Positions 42,632 to 55,629 of a DNA stretch of 64,000 nucleotides are shown piece by piece. The notes below the pieces were generated by a model. That model searched no databases. It worked only from the letters and a program-made list of their open reading frames with translations, and was not told the origin of the DNA. Made by a program: the position numbers and the translations under genes. Position 1 is the first letter of the stretch; each line of letters opens with the position of its first letter. Source of the DNA: Tubiluchus corallicola (lineage: Eukaryota > Animalia > Priapulida); assembly GCA_030141605.1 (NCBI GenBank), contig JAQGDQ010000277.1, positions 186,001 to 250,000 on the forward strand, read 5' to 3'.

Positions 42632-45600
42632 TTAAAGGCCAACGTTTACTTGCTTATTGGTCATATTCAGTACGCGAACTGGATAAGGGTAATCGTATAC
42701 CACAAAATCTGTTTTGTACAATTTATAAAAACGTAAAATTAGTTCTCTGGAGACATTGGAATAATAGTTTGCTAAAACAGTGTCGGCTCTTGGTTTATCT
42801 TGCACTTTTTTCGTCGACAATAATTTTTCTGAATTAGAGATGTTGAAGAAACGGTAGAGGATGTATCTGGCATCAGGCTCCACTGTTTCCAATTTCCCAA
42901 TGAAATCATATTGCACTTTACAGACGCTACAGCGTCTTAGGAAGCTTTGCCAGTGAATATTGTCCTTGTGTTTTTGAAGAAATGAACCGCTGGCGAAGTC
43001 TTCAACATCATCTGTTATGTATCTCATAAACTCTGAAAACGTTGTTGTGCTGTGCGTACCATGAGATTGCCTTGATTTAGATGTGTAGTGCAAATGAATA
43101 AGTTTTGTCAACGTTTCAAATTGTTGTTCCTGGCTCGGTTGAATTTCCATCAACTTGTTTCGATAAGCTGACAAAATCCTCGTGAACGGTTCGCGAACGA
43201 AGTAAAATTTTTTGTACGTTTTTAGCATTTGTTCACGTTTAACTCTGTCTTTCACAGCTGATAGCCTGTAAATGTAATCACCAGTGTTGGCAACTCGCGT
43301 AGGATCTCTTACTTCATCAGCTATTTGTTTAATGATTTCTATATCACTTACATTCATTTGTTTAGCTTTGATTAAGGCAATAAATAAGCGTTTCCAGTTG
43401 CAACTTCCAACCTTTGGCACAGAACACCATATGACCTTATGAAGTTCATCAACAAACAACGCATCACTTTCCTTTTTAGTCAGTCTCATGCCCAAATTTT
43501 CTGGTTCTCGCTGTAAGCAATAGCGCGCCACCCGATGGAGTCTTTTGTCATTTTCTTGCTCCACTAATCGTAACACCATTTCCAAAGGCAGTTGAGCTTT
43601 TCTACCTGAAATAAAGATTTGGTTTTAAATGTCGATAATGAGTATTGGAGGTTATTAAGAACCGCCTATCAGTAGCAGAGCGTACAAAGAGGTTGATAAT
43701 TATTGTTTCTTAACTGGTAACCGAATAGCATTGCGTTTTTTGAAATGTTATTGATTTTTGATTTAACGCCTAACAAATGAGAGATTTCATGAAGCCACAT
43801 TTATTAGTAAGAATTCTTATTGAAATGACAGTTTCTGCATTCTGGTATCTAAACCTTTATGACTGCATTATGTACTAAACTGCTTGGAAAAAGGAAAGTA
43901 ATAATGACAACTATCCAGTCAAGAATTCATTAGCTCTTACATCTGGTAGTAAAAAACGTTGGAGCAAATGTTTCCTTCTCCTGGATAAATGTCAAAATTA
44001 TTTATTGATTATTTAGTTTTTAACTCATTACATTAAATTAGCATATAAATATTAATGACTGACTACGATAAATGATGATATGAATGTGGCTATGAGAAAA
44101 AATAACAATTTATCGTCCTTATATATTTATATTACGTTTGCAAACATACATTTCCGTTACAAACACTTCAGCGAAATTGGTTTCACTGCTTTTGCAAATA
44201 ATAAACAACTACAAAGTGAAGTTTTCATTAGTGGCATAGTAACACTAGTGTATAGTTACTTATTTATTTTATTGTAAATTTGAGACATTTTGTTTCTAAA
44301 TTGAAATGTTAATGTTCTTATTCAGCTAGGGCAGTAACCCATGCAGACATCAAAAACTATGATAAACATGTAGCTATACTTCTTTAAACTTTTTCTTTTT
44401 CTTCTTCCCAGCTTTTCCCTATGCGGGGTCGCCGTTGTGAATGAGTCTTCTCCACGCATTCCTGTTGTTGACCATCTCTTCATTTATGTTCTTCTCTCTA
44501 AGGTCTCCATTAATACATTCAATCCATCTCCGCTTGGGTCGTCCTCTTCTTCTATTTCCTAGCACTTCCATTTCCATGACCTCCCTTCCCACATGATCTT
44601 CGCCGACTCTTCTTTTCAGGTGTCCATACCATCGCAATCTTGCGAGGCTTCCACTACTTTTACTGTTCCTCTGATATTATTATTTCTAATTTTATCTCTT
44701 CTTGTTATTCCCACCATCCATCTCAACATCCTCATCTCCACCACATCCATTTTCTCTCTTCGATCTTTTTAGAGAAGCTGCTTCCAGCCCATAGATTAGA
44801 GCGGGTCTGACCACTTCTTTGTGGAGACTCATTCATAGAAGGTTTTGGCGCAGTTTTTACAGGCGGATGCCCTTCCTCACCCTAACCCTCCCTTATTTAT
44901 CCGGGCTTGGGACCGACACTGAGTTGGGTTGGCTTGCTCCCCCCCCTCCCCCCAAGTGGCTAGGTTCTATACTTCTTTAAACACCAGCGAAAATTTACGC
45001 GTATAATTTATGGTTTATCGAAACAAGCAACCACAACCTTTAATGCATCCTTAATCTTTAATAGCTACAAAAAGTGCGGCATGCATTTTACTTCTGTACG
45101 ACATCATCTTATACAGCTTAGCAGTGTATACGTGCAAAACACATAATAAATTAGTTCCCAAATCTGTTACTAATTCAACAAACAATACAGTACAAGACAT
45201 AATGAACATGTTATCTAGAAAGCTAGATATCAGATTATAATAAACTAGTATAAACTAGCTGGTAGATATTAATGTACATATTATGTTTTAATTTATGTAC
45301 ATAAACATAGCTTACAAAGCGAATTAATCGTTTATTACAAATTGTCTGTAGATTATGTGTAGCGGCAGTTGAAAAGATTCTCTTTGGAATGAAAATATAT
45401 TTGATTATGTCACCTATGCTTGGCTCCTGGGCTTTTTTTCTTGAATTGAAAAGAATCTTTTTAATAACATAAAATAAATTTGATTATGCCTCTTGTAACT
45501 CTTTGTTCAGATGTATGGTTGACAGTGCTTAGATCCGAATTAAAGTAAGTTTTCGCTGTAATCAATTTTGCTCTTACATTTTGTATAATTTGTGTATTTA

Positions 45601-46103
45601 TGTCGTATGGCTTAATTTGTGTATTTTTGTTCTTCAACACTACGTGTCGAATGGCGCAGCGTGATACAAAAATTCTTTGACAAGCTCTATGTATATCATC
45701 TTTAATATATGTGTGTCACAAAATTCATTTTGTAATGATGATGTCAATAAACTAATAATAACAATATACTCTTTCTGTAACGAATGTTGTTGGCTTTTTA
45801 TCGTATTTACTGCTACAATCATTTGGAATGATATACCTTTATATATATATATATATATATATATTGTTGAAATTGTTGTCATAAACAAAGATTGTATTGT
45901 TACTGCTAAAAATAATGAAATAAATGTTGTTATGTAGTACTGTCGTCAGTACTTGTAATATCATTACCTGATTTGTCATAATTTACATCATAATTGAAAG
46001 AAACTCTTCCGTAAATCACGATAAAAAACAAAAAACAAACGATGTACACTGCAACGTGGTTACGTTTTTCATTTTTAGCCAAATAACTACATCTTTCGTC
46101 CAT
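42632..46103 (-). CDS. Carbohydrate sulfotransferase, Sulfotransfer_2 / CHST8-14 (HNK-1 ST, CHST11-like) family, type II Golgi membrane protein
   Basis: Large exon 43605-42632 has the 5'-PSB CSVPKVGSCNWKR, the 3'-PB FVREPFTRILSAYRNK and HW...C..C...YDFIGKLET. Likely first exon 46103-45968 encodes MDERCSYLAKNEKRNHVAVYIVCFLFFIVIYGRVSF (signal anchor) and ends in phase 1, matching the large exon. An extra stem exon around 45300-45560 cannot be excluded. Confidence 0.88.
44390..44966 (-). mobile_element. Internally deleted (non-autonomous) RTE-clade LINE insertion, 577 bp, with 16-bp TSD
   Basis: TSD CTATACTTCTTTAAAC at 44374-44389 and 44967-44982. Frameshifted RTE ORF C-terminus (VVRPALIYGLEA...MRMLRWMVGITRRDKIRN...LRWYGHLKRR...RRRGRPKRRW), GAA/A-rich tail, and a 5' UTR containing GGAAGGGCATCCG. 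Confidence 0.92.
44884..44966 (-). ncRNA. Twister ribozyme (P1-type), 3' cleavage-product portion at the 5' end of the RTE element
   Basis: Minus strand reads AA-CCTA-GCC-[ACT...AGT]-GTCGG-TCCCAAGC-CCGG-ATAAA-TAAGG-GAGGG-TT. This matches the twister core as I recall it from Osa-1-4 (U|AACACUGCCAAUGCCGGUCCCAAGCCCGGAUAAAAGUGGAGGG). Confidence 0.8.
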
Positions 46104-49068
46104 CAGGCACTGTCGTGTCTATGGATATCACGACATAGCATATCATCATAAGGTTCACGAGTCTAGAGGGTATGTAAATGTACTTACTTTAGTGCTCTCA
46201 TGTCTGTGACCGCCACCCAATGGGCTGGGGCAACAACCTCGTGGTCCCATCGTCACTTGTCTTAATCACGTAGAACTTGTCGGAAATGGCATTCCAAGTA
46301 TGATTAATCGTTTGACTTGTGCTGTATCTTAGACTTTATTGCAAACGTGAACGTACTGGTAGACTATACTAGAATAATTTAAAGCCATTGTAAAATAACG
46401 TTAAAATAAAATAAAACGAAACTTGTCATCATCCTCATTATACATAATTTTCTATTCAAAACTCTCACCAGATTGGCAAGCTCCCATCTTCAGTGTCTAC
46501 GCCAAACAAATAAGTTATGTTTAGTATAAATTCTAATACCTTTATTTTAATAGATTTAGTTTCTTTTATCGTAAATTTATTTATAACTTTCATCCTTTTG
46601 ATCCTCGCTAAAAGTTACTGATTGTCATATAAGTGTTTACGTAAAACCTGTTATGTATAAGAATGAGCATAACTGTTCATCCAAAAAGGACAGTGACACT
46701 TAATAACAGTCGCTGGGACAACATTGTCCATCAGCTACTATAAGCGGCTGTTAACGAATACAACAACACTGAGACGCCATAAATCAATAACACAGATAAG
46801 AACTGTTTGCGCCATTACAGGTGATCTTGAGATTCGAATTGGCTCTGTAAGCATGTAGCACCCACAGTCCGTTGCGTTAACCACTCGGCCACCTGTACTG
46901 ACATAATCCCTGTAGGAGTATCATCAATTGTACACTTCTGTCTGGGACTTTGTGTCTTGTTGTTTACTGCAATACAATTTTATTTTTTGCTAGTACACTT
47001 AATGTCACAGATCATTAAATTACTTTTTTCGTAATTAGTCGCTTTAAAGTGATTCTTGAATAGCTGCTAACTTGACTTTTTAATGCTTAGGGTATGTAAA
47101 CTTGTTCAGGGTGTTTTCCTTGGAAAATAGTTGCCATGTAGCATAACGCATATACCTGTTTTCCCGCTTTCTATGCTCAGTCTTTAGCTAAGTAAAAATA
47201 TAGAATGATAGCGTAAAATGCCATACGAAATAGATTAAAATAATTGCAGATCCTACAGCAACACTAGAGTAAATTTAAAACATTCGTTTTTAGCTAGGCT
47301 AACCGAAATTCGAGAGTCAATCTTTAGGCAACACATAAAATCATGAAAAACATTTAGTATGTAGATTTAAAAACCATAAAATCAGAGTTTTCGACATTAT
47401 GGCTAGTTAATTTTTAATAAAAAAGACTTTTCGACAGAAATGGTATTGTCAACTTATCACGCAACGACCTTTACATTTTTCTACCCAAATTTATAAACAT
47501 TATAGCACATATTTGTGCTCAGATTTTCCTCACCGAGTATTTAAACTTTTAAAAAAGCTCAACTTTAACTTCTTTCTCATGCCTTGGGCAGCTCTATTAA
47601 TACAGAGCTCTACTAATACTACAAGTATTTCTTGTATACCGGTTTGCCAAGTGTATAGAAGGTCAAAGTACTAAGCTTTAAGTTAATTGCAGAAAGCCTC
47701 GTCGTTCATTAAATACTTCTATGAGTAGGTATTACTACACCCGTAATGTATAGTAGTAATACGTGCATGATGCACATACAGATACATAATACTTTATATG
47801 TTGCATGTACCGTTTAATTTAAGGAATCATCTAATTCTAAAAAATAATAAGACGACACAAGCCTATTTTTGAGCAGCTACTGGCTGCTACTACCTGTGCC
47901 AGTATATAATTACTAATAGCAAATTTTGGCTCAGTTTTTGCTAAGCTTACCGCTTAATGCTAAAGATCAGCTTTGCGGACGATGGTAGCTACATGTAACA
48001 TTTTGTGCCACTAGACTTAGTGTTTCATGACGTAGTTAGCGAACTAAATGCTGGGAATATTAGCGCATCGCCGCTTGGAAATTAACTAGAAATGGTGCCC
48101 AATTTAGCAGCTTAGTGCTTAGTTAGCCAAGAAATAAGGATAACATTATAAAAGGGCGGAATTAGGCTGGCACAAGTGACATCATGAAGGATTTATTTCG
48201 TTGTTTTTTTATTGAAAGGTCGTACGCTTCCTCGGTTTTCTTTATAGTGGTATTTTTCACTAATTCAGTCTAAATATCAGTTCTTATCATTACAAATAAT
48301 TTCCTTGTTAGCTTGAGCAGTTTGACAGACGAAACGACACAATAACGGTTTTCCAGGACACCCATTTACTGAACAGGTTTAGCGTTTTTTAACTTATCCA
48401 CTTTTTCTATATCCACAATGTGAGAAAGCCCATCCCCATTCTTATTCTATCAAAAACGTTATTGCTTCTGAATTTCCTTACAGCTCTGACTTAACGCAAA
48501 TCATTTCTTTGGAGCTTTGTGAGGACTCTCTTTGAAATTTTGTGCTTGGAAACACTAGATTTTCTATTTTGCCATTTAAGTGACTCACTTTTGAATGAAT
48601 ATGACCCAGTGAAAAGTTCGTCACGCCTACTTAAATCTTTAATTTTATTATTACCTATTAGTTTAGTCATTTTAGAAAAAATGTAATAAATTTTAATGTA
48701 ATAATCATTACTATGTTACGGAAGTAATTTAAATATTACGTGATGAAAAAGTATTTTTGTATTTTTTATTTCACATATCAATAACCAATGATAGTTAATT
48801 GTTTGTTTGACATCTCAATAATGAATAGTTGTTATTTGCCAATAATCGTTACGATCGTTAAGCGTAGAAGTTGTGAATATTTTAATATTTGCATCAGATT
48901 TGAATGCCATTTAACATTATTATTATACTATATTATTATTATTATATTATTATTTAACTATATTATTGAGTAGTATTGTTAGTTTAGGATAGTTCAAACA
49001 TTAATTACTTGCTTTAGTTATGCTACGAATGTTCACTTTTTAATTATTGAAATAAATAATTAATAAGT

Positions 49069-49181
49069 AATGAGTAATAAATGAATGAACAAATAAAACT
49101 GGTTGGAAGCTTAAAAGCAAAAACTTTGAGCTTGTTTAAGCTTCCAACCAGTTTTATTTGTTCATTTATTTATTACTCATT
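49069..49181. repeat. Inverted repeat, 47-bp arms, 19-nt spacer
   Basis: Arms 49069-49115 and 49135-49181 are reverse complements with 1 mismatch (a G-T pair). Confidence 0.92.
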
Positions 49182-50572
49182 TATTTTCCTTTTTGCTGAG
49201 TTGACTTTGTAATTCTTTTGTTTATAGGGAAGCTTTTTTCCAATATAGACTTGTATTAAACTACGATTGTTACTGATGCTTTGTAAAGTTCTGTGTTAGT
49301 AATAGTAGCAGTTATAACAGGCAGCTTCATTATGGTTTTTGTGACAAATAAGTCGCCCGTCGAATCATCATTTTAATTAATTGGTGCTAAATAAGCGCAT
49401 AAACGCGTCAAAACGCCGAGTAATTACTAGACGGAGGACGAAGCGTTATTGGCAAATTGCTGGTGTAATTGGAGGCTTCGGTAGTTTTATCAGCAGCTTA
49501 CGTGAACAAAACTGAACATGTCCTATGGGGGCGCATCAGTGCGTAAGCGCGATCACTAATCAGCTGGAACGGCACACCCTTTGCCGCTTCATTAGACGTA
49601 TCTGCATTGATAAAAATGGAGGGTCTAGTCTCAATGGATATGGAGCTATTCGATAAGCAAAAGAATAATTTTTTCTAATATCCAACAAAAGTAACATAGA
49701 GTTTTGTATTAAAATAGTATTAAAACTGCCATAAAAACATTGTTTCTACGGGTAGGTTTATCTCAATTGCAAACTGCTACCCAAGCAAATAATTCCATTT
49801 CCAACCATGCTGATTATTTATATCCGCACTGCAGAGCCGTTAGTGGAAAATTGTCACAGAAAAGATTTCCAATAGGGAATAGTTTACTAACAAATTGGCG
49901 TTAAATCTTCCAGCGCTTTTCGGGAGTTGTGAAAAATAACCAGATCGCTGAATTTACGAAGAAAGAATGTCAAGAGAAATCAAACAGAAGTTTGCCACTG
50001 CAAATTATCATGAAATTCTTTATAACCCAGAATGAAGCGGTTTTCTTCACAAAATTCCGTAATTATATTTATAATTTTTTTATTATTAGATGATGAAATG
50101 ATGATGATCATTACCAATTGTGTAAAAGTATCCAAAATATTCTCAGTATTAAACCTTTTTTCTTTAGCCATTAATTAAGAATGAAAAAAATTAAAACGCA
50201 GTACACGAACGAAGTTCATAAAGTCTAGTTCTGAGTACCACGGCCCTTCAAAACATTGGCAGTCAACACACTATTGTAGGATATGGTAGTTTCTTTCAAC
50301 TCAGGTAATGGTTGGCTTAGCTGCCTGCAAGCAGAAGGACTTGGGTTCAAGACCCAGTGGATGTGACTGTGACTCCTCGTTTATAGATCTCTAGTAGCTT
50401 ACAATGTAAATTTTTGAGTCGGCTAAGCAATGAATCGACCTACCAACCACTCAGCCAATCAAGCAAACCAACCAATCAATTACTAAATAACGAATCAATA
50501 TTAAATTCTGACCCACGTATACTGCCACACCTACGCACAGAGGTGAGTGAGTCAGTAACTAGGCCAGTTAGT

Positions 50573-50573
<1 letters not shown>

Positions 50574-50610
<37 letters not shown>
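50574..50610. repeat. (GGCA)n microsatellite
   Basis: Direct observation. Confidence 0.9.
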
Positions 50611-50611
<1 letters not shown>

Positions 50612-51989
50612 CAGCCAGTCATTCATTTCACTTTAAAGTGCAACTTAATTCCTCGTCAAGTAAAATCACTAATCAAACAATCACTCAATAAATCAGTTGA
50701 CCAAACGACCGAGTGACCAACTGAACAACTAATCTGATGACCAGAAAGGATTTTAAAGGTGCTTTTTAAACGGTTGACTTGACCAAATGGGTAGGATTGT
50801 TTTTCAAATTTTCTGCTAATTAAGGTTTCAGTTGCAGTCATTTTATGAGCATCGGTGTAACTTGCATGCAACTTCCACAGTAAACAGACGTTACAGTGTG
50901 GAATGAATCAAACGATTCATGAACAAACGAAGTGGTTTCTTGCCAATAAAGAGCCTAATGAAAATCGCGCAAAATCACAGCGGTGGGGACAACACTTCTC
51001 CACAACAAGTGATTTAGTGAAAGGGTTGAACTAATGAACGTTTGTCTATCGTTGATTTACCGAGATGCTCTGGCTTATTGAGCGCAAATTTAGGCATTTT
51101 ATCAGCGATTACCGAATAAAAATTCTGATCTCATGCAGTCTCAATTACTGTTATAATGCTGGCTGGATGTAGGCGGCATGCACAATTTGGTTTGGCAGAA
51201 AATAGCGCAGAGAATGGCATAGATGCAAATAAATAAATAAATACAAAGTAACTAGACCGCTACACGACTGATTAATGAAGAATTTATTATTTTTAAATTG
51301 TATTTTAAGAATTTTGTTTACGATTGGTAAGACTGACAAGACTGTAAAAGAAAAAAAGTAACTTAGCGCAGCACAACTTGGATTCACGCAAGCAACAACC
51401 TGTACCGGACAGACATACCAGGTATAAATAAATCCCGACTAATAGTTTTACTACCAATCCCTTTCTGCTATTTTAGAATTCCTGATAGTGAACATGTTGG
51501 TTAATGAATTTTAACATAATTTTGTAGTTGTACTTCCGTTTTGTTTTGTTTTCTTCTTGCGATTAACAAACCCAATAAGGAATTTTAATCAGTATTAATT
51601 ACGATACAGAACACTGACCTTGAGTAACATTACTTTGTGAACAAAGTCAGTTGTCAGAAAAATTATAAACAATATATCAGGTTTATTATCTAATTAAATA
51701 TATAAACAACTTACTACCAAATAGCGCAGATTAGGCCCAATTTTTTGCCAAGACCGTCAATAGACACCCAGACTTTAGTCAATATTATTGTAACATTAGT
51801 GATTAAGATGAACAGTTAAATTGCCATAAGGTCAGCCTTTTGTTTAGGAACATGAACTAAGTTTCGTTCAAAATTTTTGAAGATATTCTACACATTTTTG
51901 GAAAGCTTTTACACTATATTAAAAATGATAATCTGTTAAACCTGTAAAGTGTGCTGTTCAGTTCACTTTAATAATAGTTTTGAACTGTA

Positions 51990-52178
<189 letters not shown>

Positions 52179-54449
52179 TAGGGCTATTAGTGAGGAATCC
52201 TGTAGCTATAGGCACTTGTTACAACAGACGCCTTTGAAGATTACCAAATTAAAATCGTTCACTTTGACATTATTCATCACATTAAATGTGGTATCATTTT
52301 CACTCAGGCTGTAATAGACGCATATTAGACGCAGCGGGTATCTTGTTTGATATTCAGACAAGTTTTCCTGGCTATTTCACGCTCGATCGGGTAGAATCAT
52401 GCTCTGATACGATGAAATCACTCACTAAATTGGTGTCATTTACAATATGGTGTGAATTTATTCACTGCATCAGTGTACGTTTTATCTATGGAGCCAAATA
52501 TGCAATAACTAAAATTCTTCTTGATGCGGTAATCTATTATTGTTGTACATTTTTTTGTTTGTTGAAATGTTTATTTTCATTGAAGTTTTTTGTCTGTTGA
52601 AATTCATGATTCAAATTGAATCATGAATCACTAAACTCTGACGAAGAAGAGATTAATTGGCAACATTTCTGTAGACTTGCAGTTGGTAGTGAAGGTAGTG
52701 GAGTATGCAATACTATGCATATGTTTTTCATTATGAACCGATTAATGCCATTCATGTACAATTCTCTTTTATTTTATTTTGTTATGAATACATATGCTCA
52801 ACACTAACTAATCAACTTTATTAGCACAATGCTATTCTGTTCTATTCTTCTCGCTGTACTTTTTAAAGCATCTCCTCAACATTAGGAAGGTCGAACAAAC
52901 AATTTTAAGAAATTCAACACATCAACAAATAATTTTCAACGTAATTTTTCCTGTTTATTAACATACGCGCCACGATCGCGTTAAAACATTGACGTTTGAA
53001 AAGATCGGAAAATACAGATGTCGACTGCACATTATAGCGTATGCCTGGAAAACAACTCAAAATATAAACTTCCTAAACAAAATCAATTCATAATCAAATA
53101 GGGTCAGGCCCATTTGCGCTTTAAACAATGAAACTTTGATTTTTTTAAAATTAAAAACACAGTTTTAAGACTAAAAATGCAGTTTCAGATGTTAAATGGC
53201 GAAGCACAAACCCTATTATATACCAAGTATTTCTTACATAAAGATGGAAAAAGTTTAAAAAATAAAAATAGAAAATAATGCTACACTTTTATGATGCTTT
53301 ACATTTACAACCACGCTTTTATATGACATCAATTAGGATATTCTTTATTTTTTGTATTGATTTTTTTATATTTTTTACTTCCATGTACTGTTGTAAACTT
53401 TGCAAAGAAAAACCTCATTTATGGGGATTATACATGTAATGCAAAAGTAAATAAATAAATAATGTGGACAAACACAAGCGATATCAAAGGATGACACGTA
53501 AAGTAAATTAAATGGCACGCGTGTTTCCATTATTCTAATAATTCCATTTAATTATATGCAGAAAAACATTGTATCATACATATGTTCACAGAGCAAATAA
53601 GTCAAATTCATGGACAATAATAAGGAACTAAAAGTTAGAAAGGGAGCAAACAATCCAGACTCTTGGCGTTTATGGAAATCTGCTTTGGCATTTATACGAT
53701 TAAAAGAGTGATACTGAAACAGATTAATGGTAAAAAGTGCTCTGGTAAACGTAGTTAACATTAGTAGCATAATACTAGCATCTACAATATGAAAAAATGA
53801 TTACAAATATTTATTACAATTAAATTAAGACACCTAAATATTTATTATCATATTAAACGAACAGTCATGTGTAGGTTTCAGTTAATGATTAGTGATTATC
53901 CATCCACTTCTTCATTTTCACTGGTAATTCCTGGTTTAATTTTCAGGAATGATTCGTTTATTGGTTTTTCATTAATCAACACGAGACACTTGATGATTCA
54001 CTCATAATTCATTCGCGCACTAGTCGTTCAAGTTATGTTTCTGAAACCTTGCTGACACATTTGCAGTTTTTTGATTACTTGTCCATGCTTATTGGTTTAT
54101 TGTTTGTGCTTAATTTGTGTTGTTTTTTACCAGCTGGATTGTTGTTCGAATGGTCAGTGTTGGTGTTTGTTGGTTCACTGACCTTCATCATGTGCAATGC
54201 GCATGTCAAAGCTTGGCCATGTTGTTGAAGTTGTTGTTGTTCATGCTGTTATCACATTGATGTTGAAAACTTTCATAGGCCACAGTTTTCATCGTAGGAG
54301 GCTGGAATGTTGCGGTTTCCGATTTTCCATTTTCCTGACGGGTCTCAAATATGAGTGTTTAATGGACCACGCCCATTAATTGGATTTAATCTCTACGTTG
54401 TTGCATAGTTTTGGTTTCTTTCATTCCTTACACAAATGGAGCTGTCCCA

Positions 54450-55180
54450 ACTATGCGCATTCTATTTTTTTGTGAATTCTGTTAATCTATCCTTTACGCA
54501 GATGACCTGTGTCTTGTGGCTCCTGGTGTAGAAGCGTTGCAAAATTGTTGTAAAGACTATATAGTCACTCATGGCATGGTTTTTAACGCAAGCAAAACCA
54601 AATGTATGTACTTTGCTCCAACCAGTAGGCCTATACGTCATGTTGTATTTGGGTGTAGTGACAATGAACAATAATAAGGACATATATTATCATGTGACTA
54701 CACTGACGATAAAGATATTGCTAATCAGTTACGTTCGTTTTATGCGAGAGCAAATATACTACGCACAAAATCTTATTATTAAATGTTAATGGTAAGCACA
54801 GGTAATGGTAAATGACATTTGTTTAGATCTTACTGTTCTAGTTTCTATTGCAGTAATCTCTGACTATTGTATAAACGCAGCAGCCTAGCAAAACTTCGCA
54901 CTTCGTACAATATTCCAATCCGAATTTTTTTACTGTGAATATGGTACGCGTGCGTCTGTACATATTTGTGTCCAAACAATCATTTTGATCACTTTAAGGT
55001 CTTATGGCGTAAACGTGTTTTTGCCTAAGAAATAGAATTTTAAATAGAGGTAATATGATTTTGTCCCTCATAACTGATACAGATGTTCGGTGTAAGTAAT
55101 TGTACACCCAATACTGGAACTCATTACTAATCTCTTCATTTATTATTTAAACTAGCCTGTGCTCCTCTTCTACACTTTTT
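54450..55180 (+). mobile_element. Degraded non-LTR retrotransposon RT fragment (RTE-X-like)
   Basis: LYADDLCLVAPGVEALQ...GMVFNASKTKCM starting ~54492, then YLG, DDKDIANQLRSFYARANIL and SYCSSFYCSNL*, with stops and frameshifts. Confidence 0.8.
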
Positions 55181-55492
55181 ATCTTGTGCACATAGTATTA
55201 TAATCTGCAGCACGTACTTACTTACTTGTTGTATATAGTACTTTACGTATTGATTTAAATCTAAAATAAAATAATAAAATTAATAAAAAATGGATCATGA
55301 CAACCGTAATGATGCTTCCCATGATTTTCTAGTGGAAACCATTAACTTTACAAGAAATCCTTAGAAACGAGCAAGTATCATGACGGACGAGCCAGATCCA
55401 AGCACATTAGTGCTCCCATTTTACTTCTTAAAACGTCAAAAATGTTCCATTGTTTTATTATGGACATTCATCTTTTAGGAAGTTCTGCAAGA

Positions 55493-55629
55493 TTAGGAGC
55501 ACCCAAACTCCTCCAATGTTATCTCGTTCACTCCATGTTTCCTAGGTGGCTCTGCACAATCAATCGCAGAAACTATCCAGTTTCTAAATTTTGTCCACGC
55601 TAGATCACAGTCACATATGAATGGATTAT
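55493..55629 (-). CDS. Terminal exon encoding the final LRRCT cap (NPFICDCDLAWTKFRNWIVSAIDCAEPPRKHGVNEITLEEFGCS*)
   Basis: Acceptor ttttcacag|ATAATCC; homologous to the 5' ends of the module exons but ends in TAA; not present in the ORF track. Confidence 0.78.

Noticed and set aside
45316-45556. Additional sulfotransferase exon(s)
   Set aside because: Candidate splice sites did not give a clean phase-consistent stop-free path, and the two-exon model already joins in frame.
53870-54400. Coding-like, strand-asymmetric stretch
   Set aside because: The frames I translated contain multiple stops and no recognisable motif; probably decayed TE sequence.
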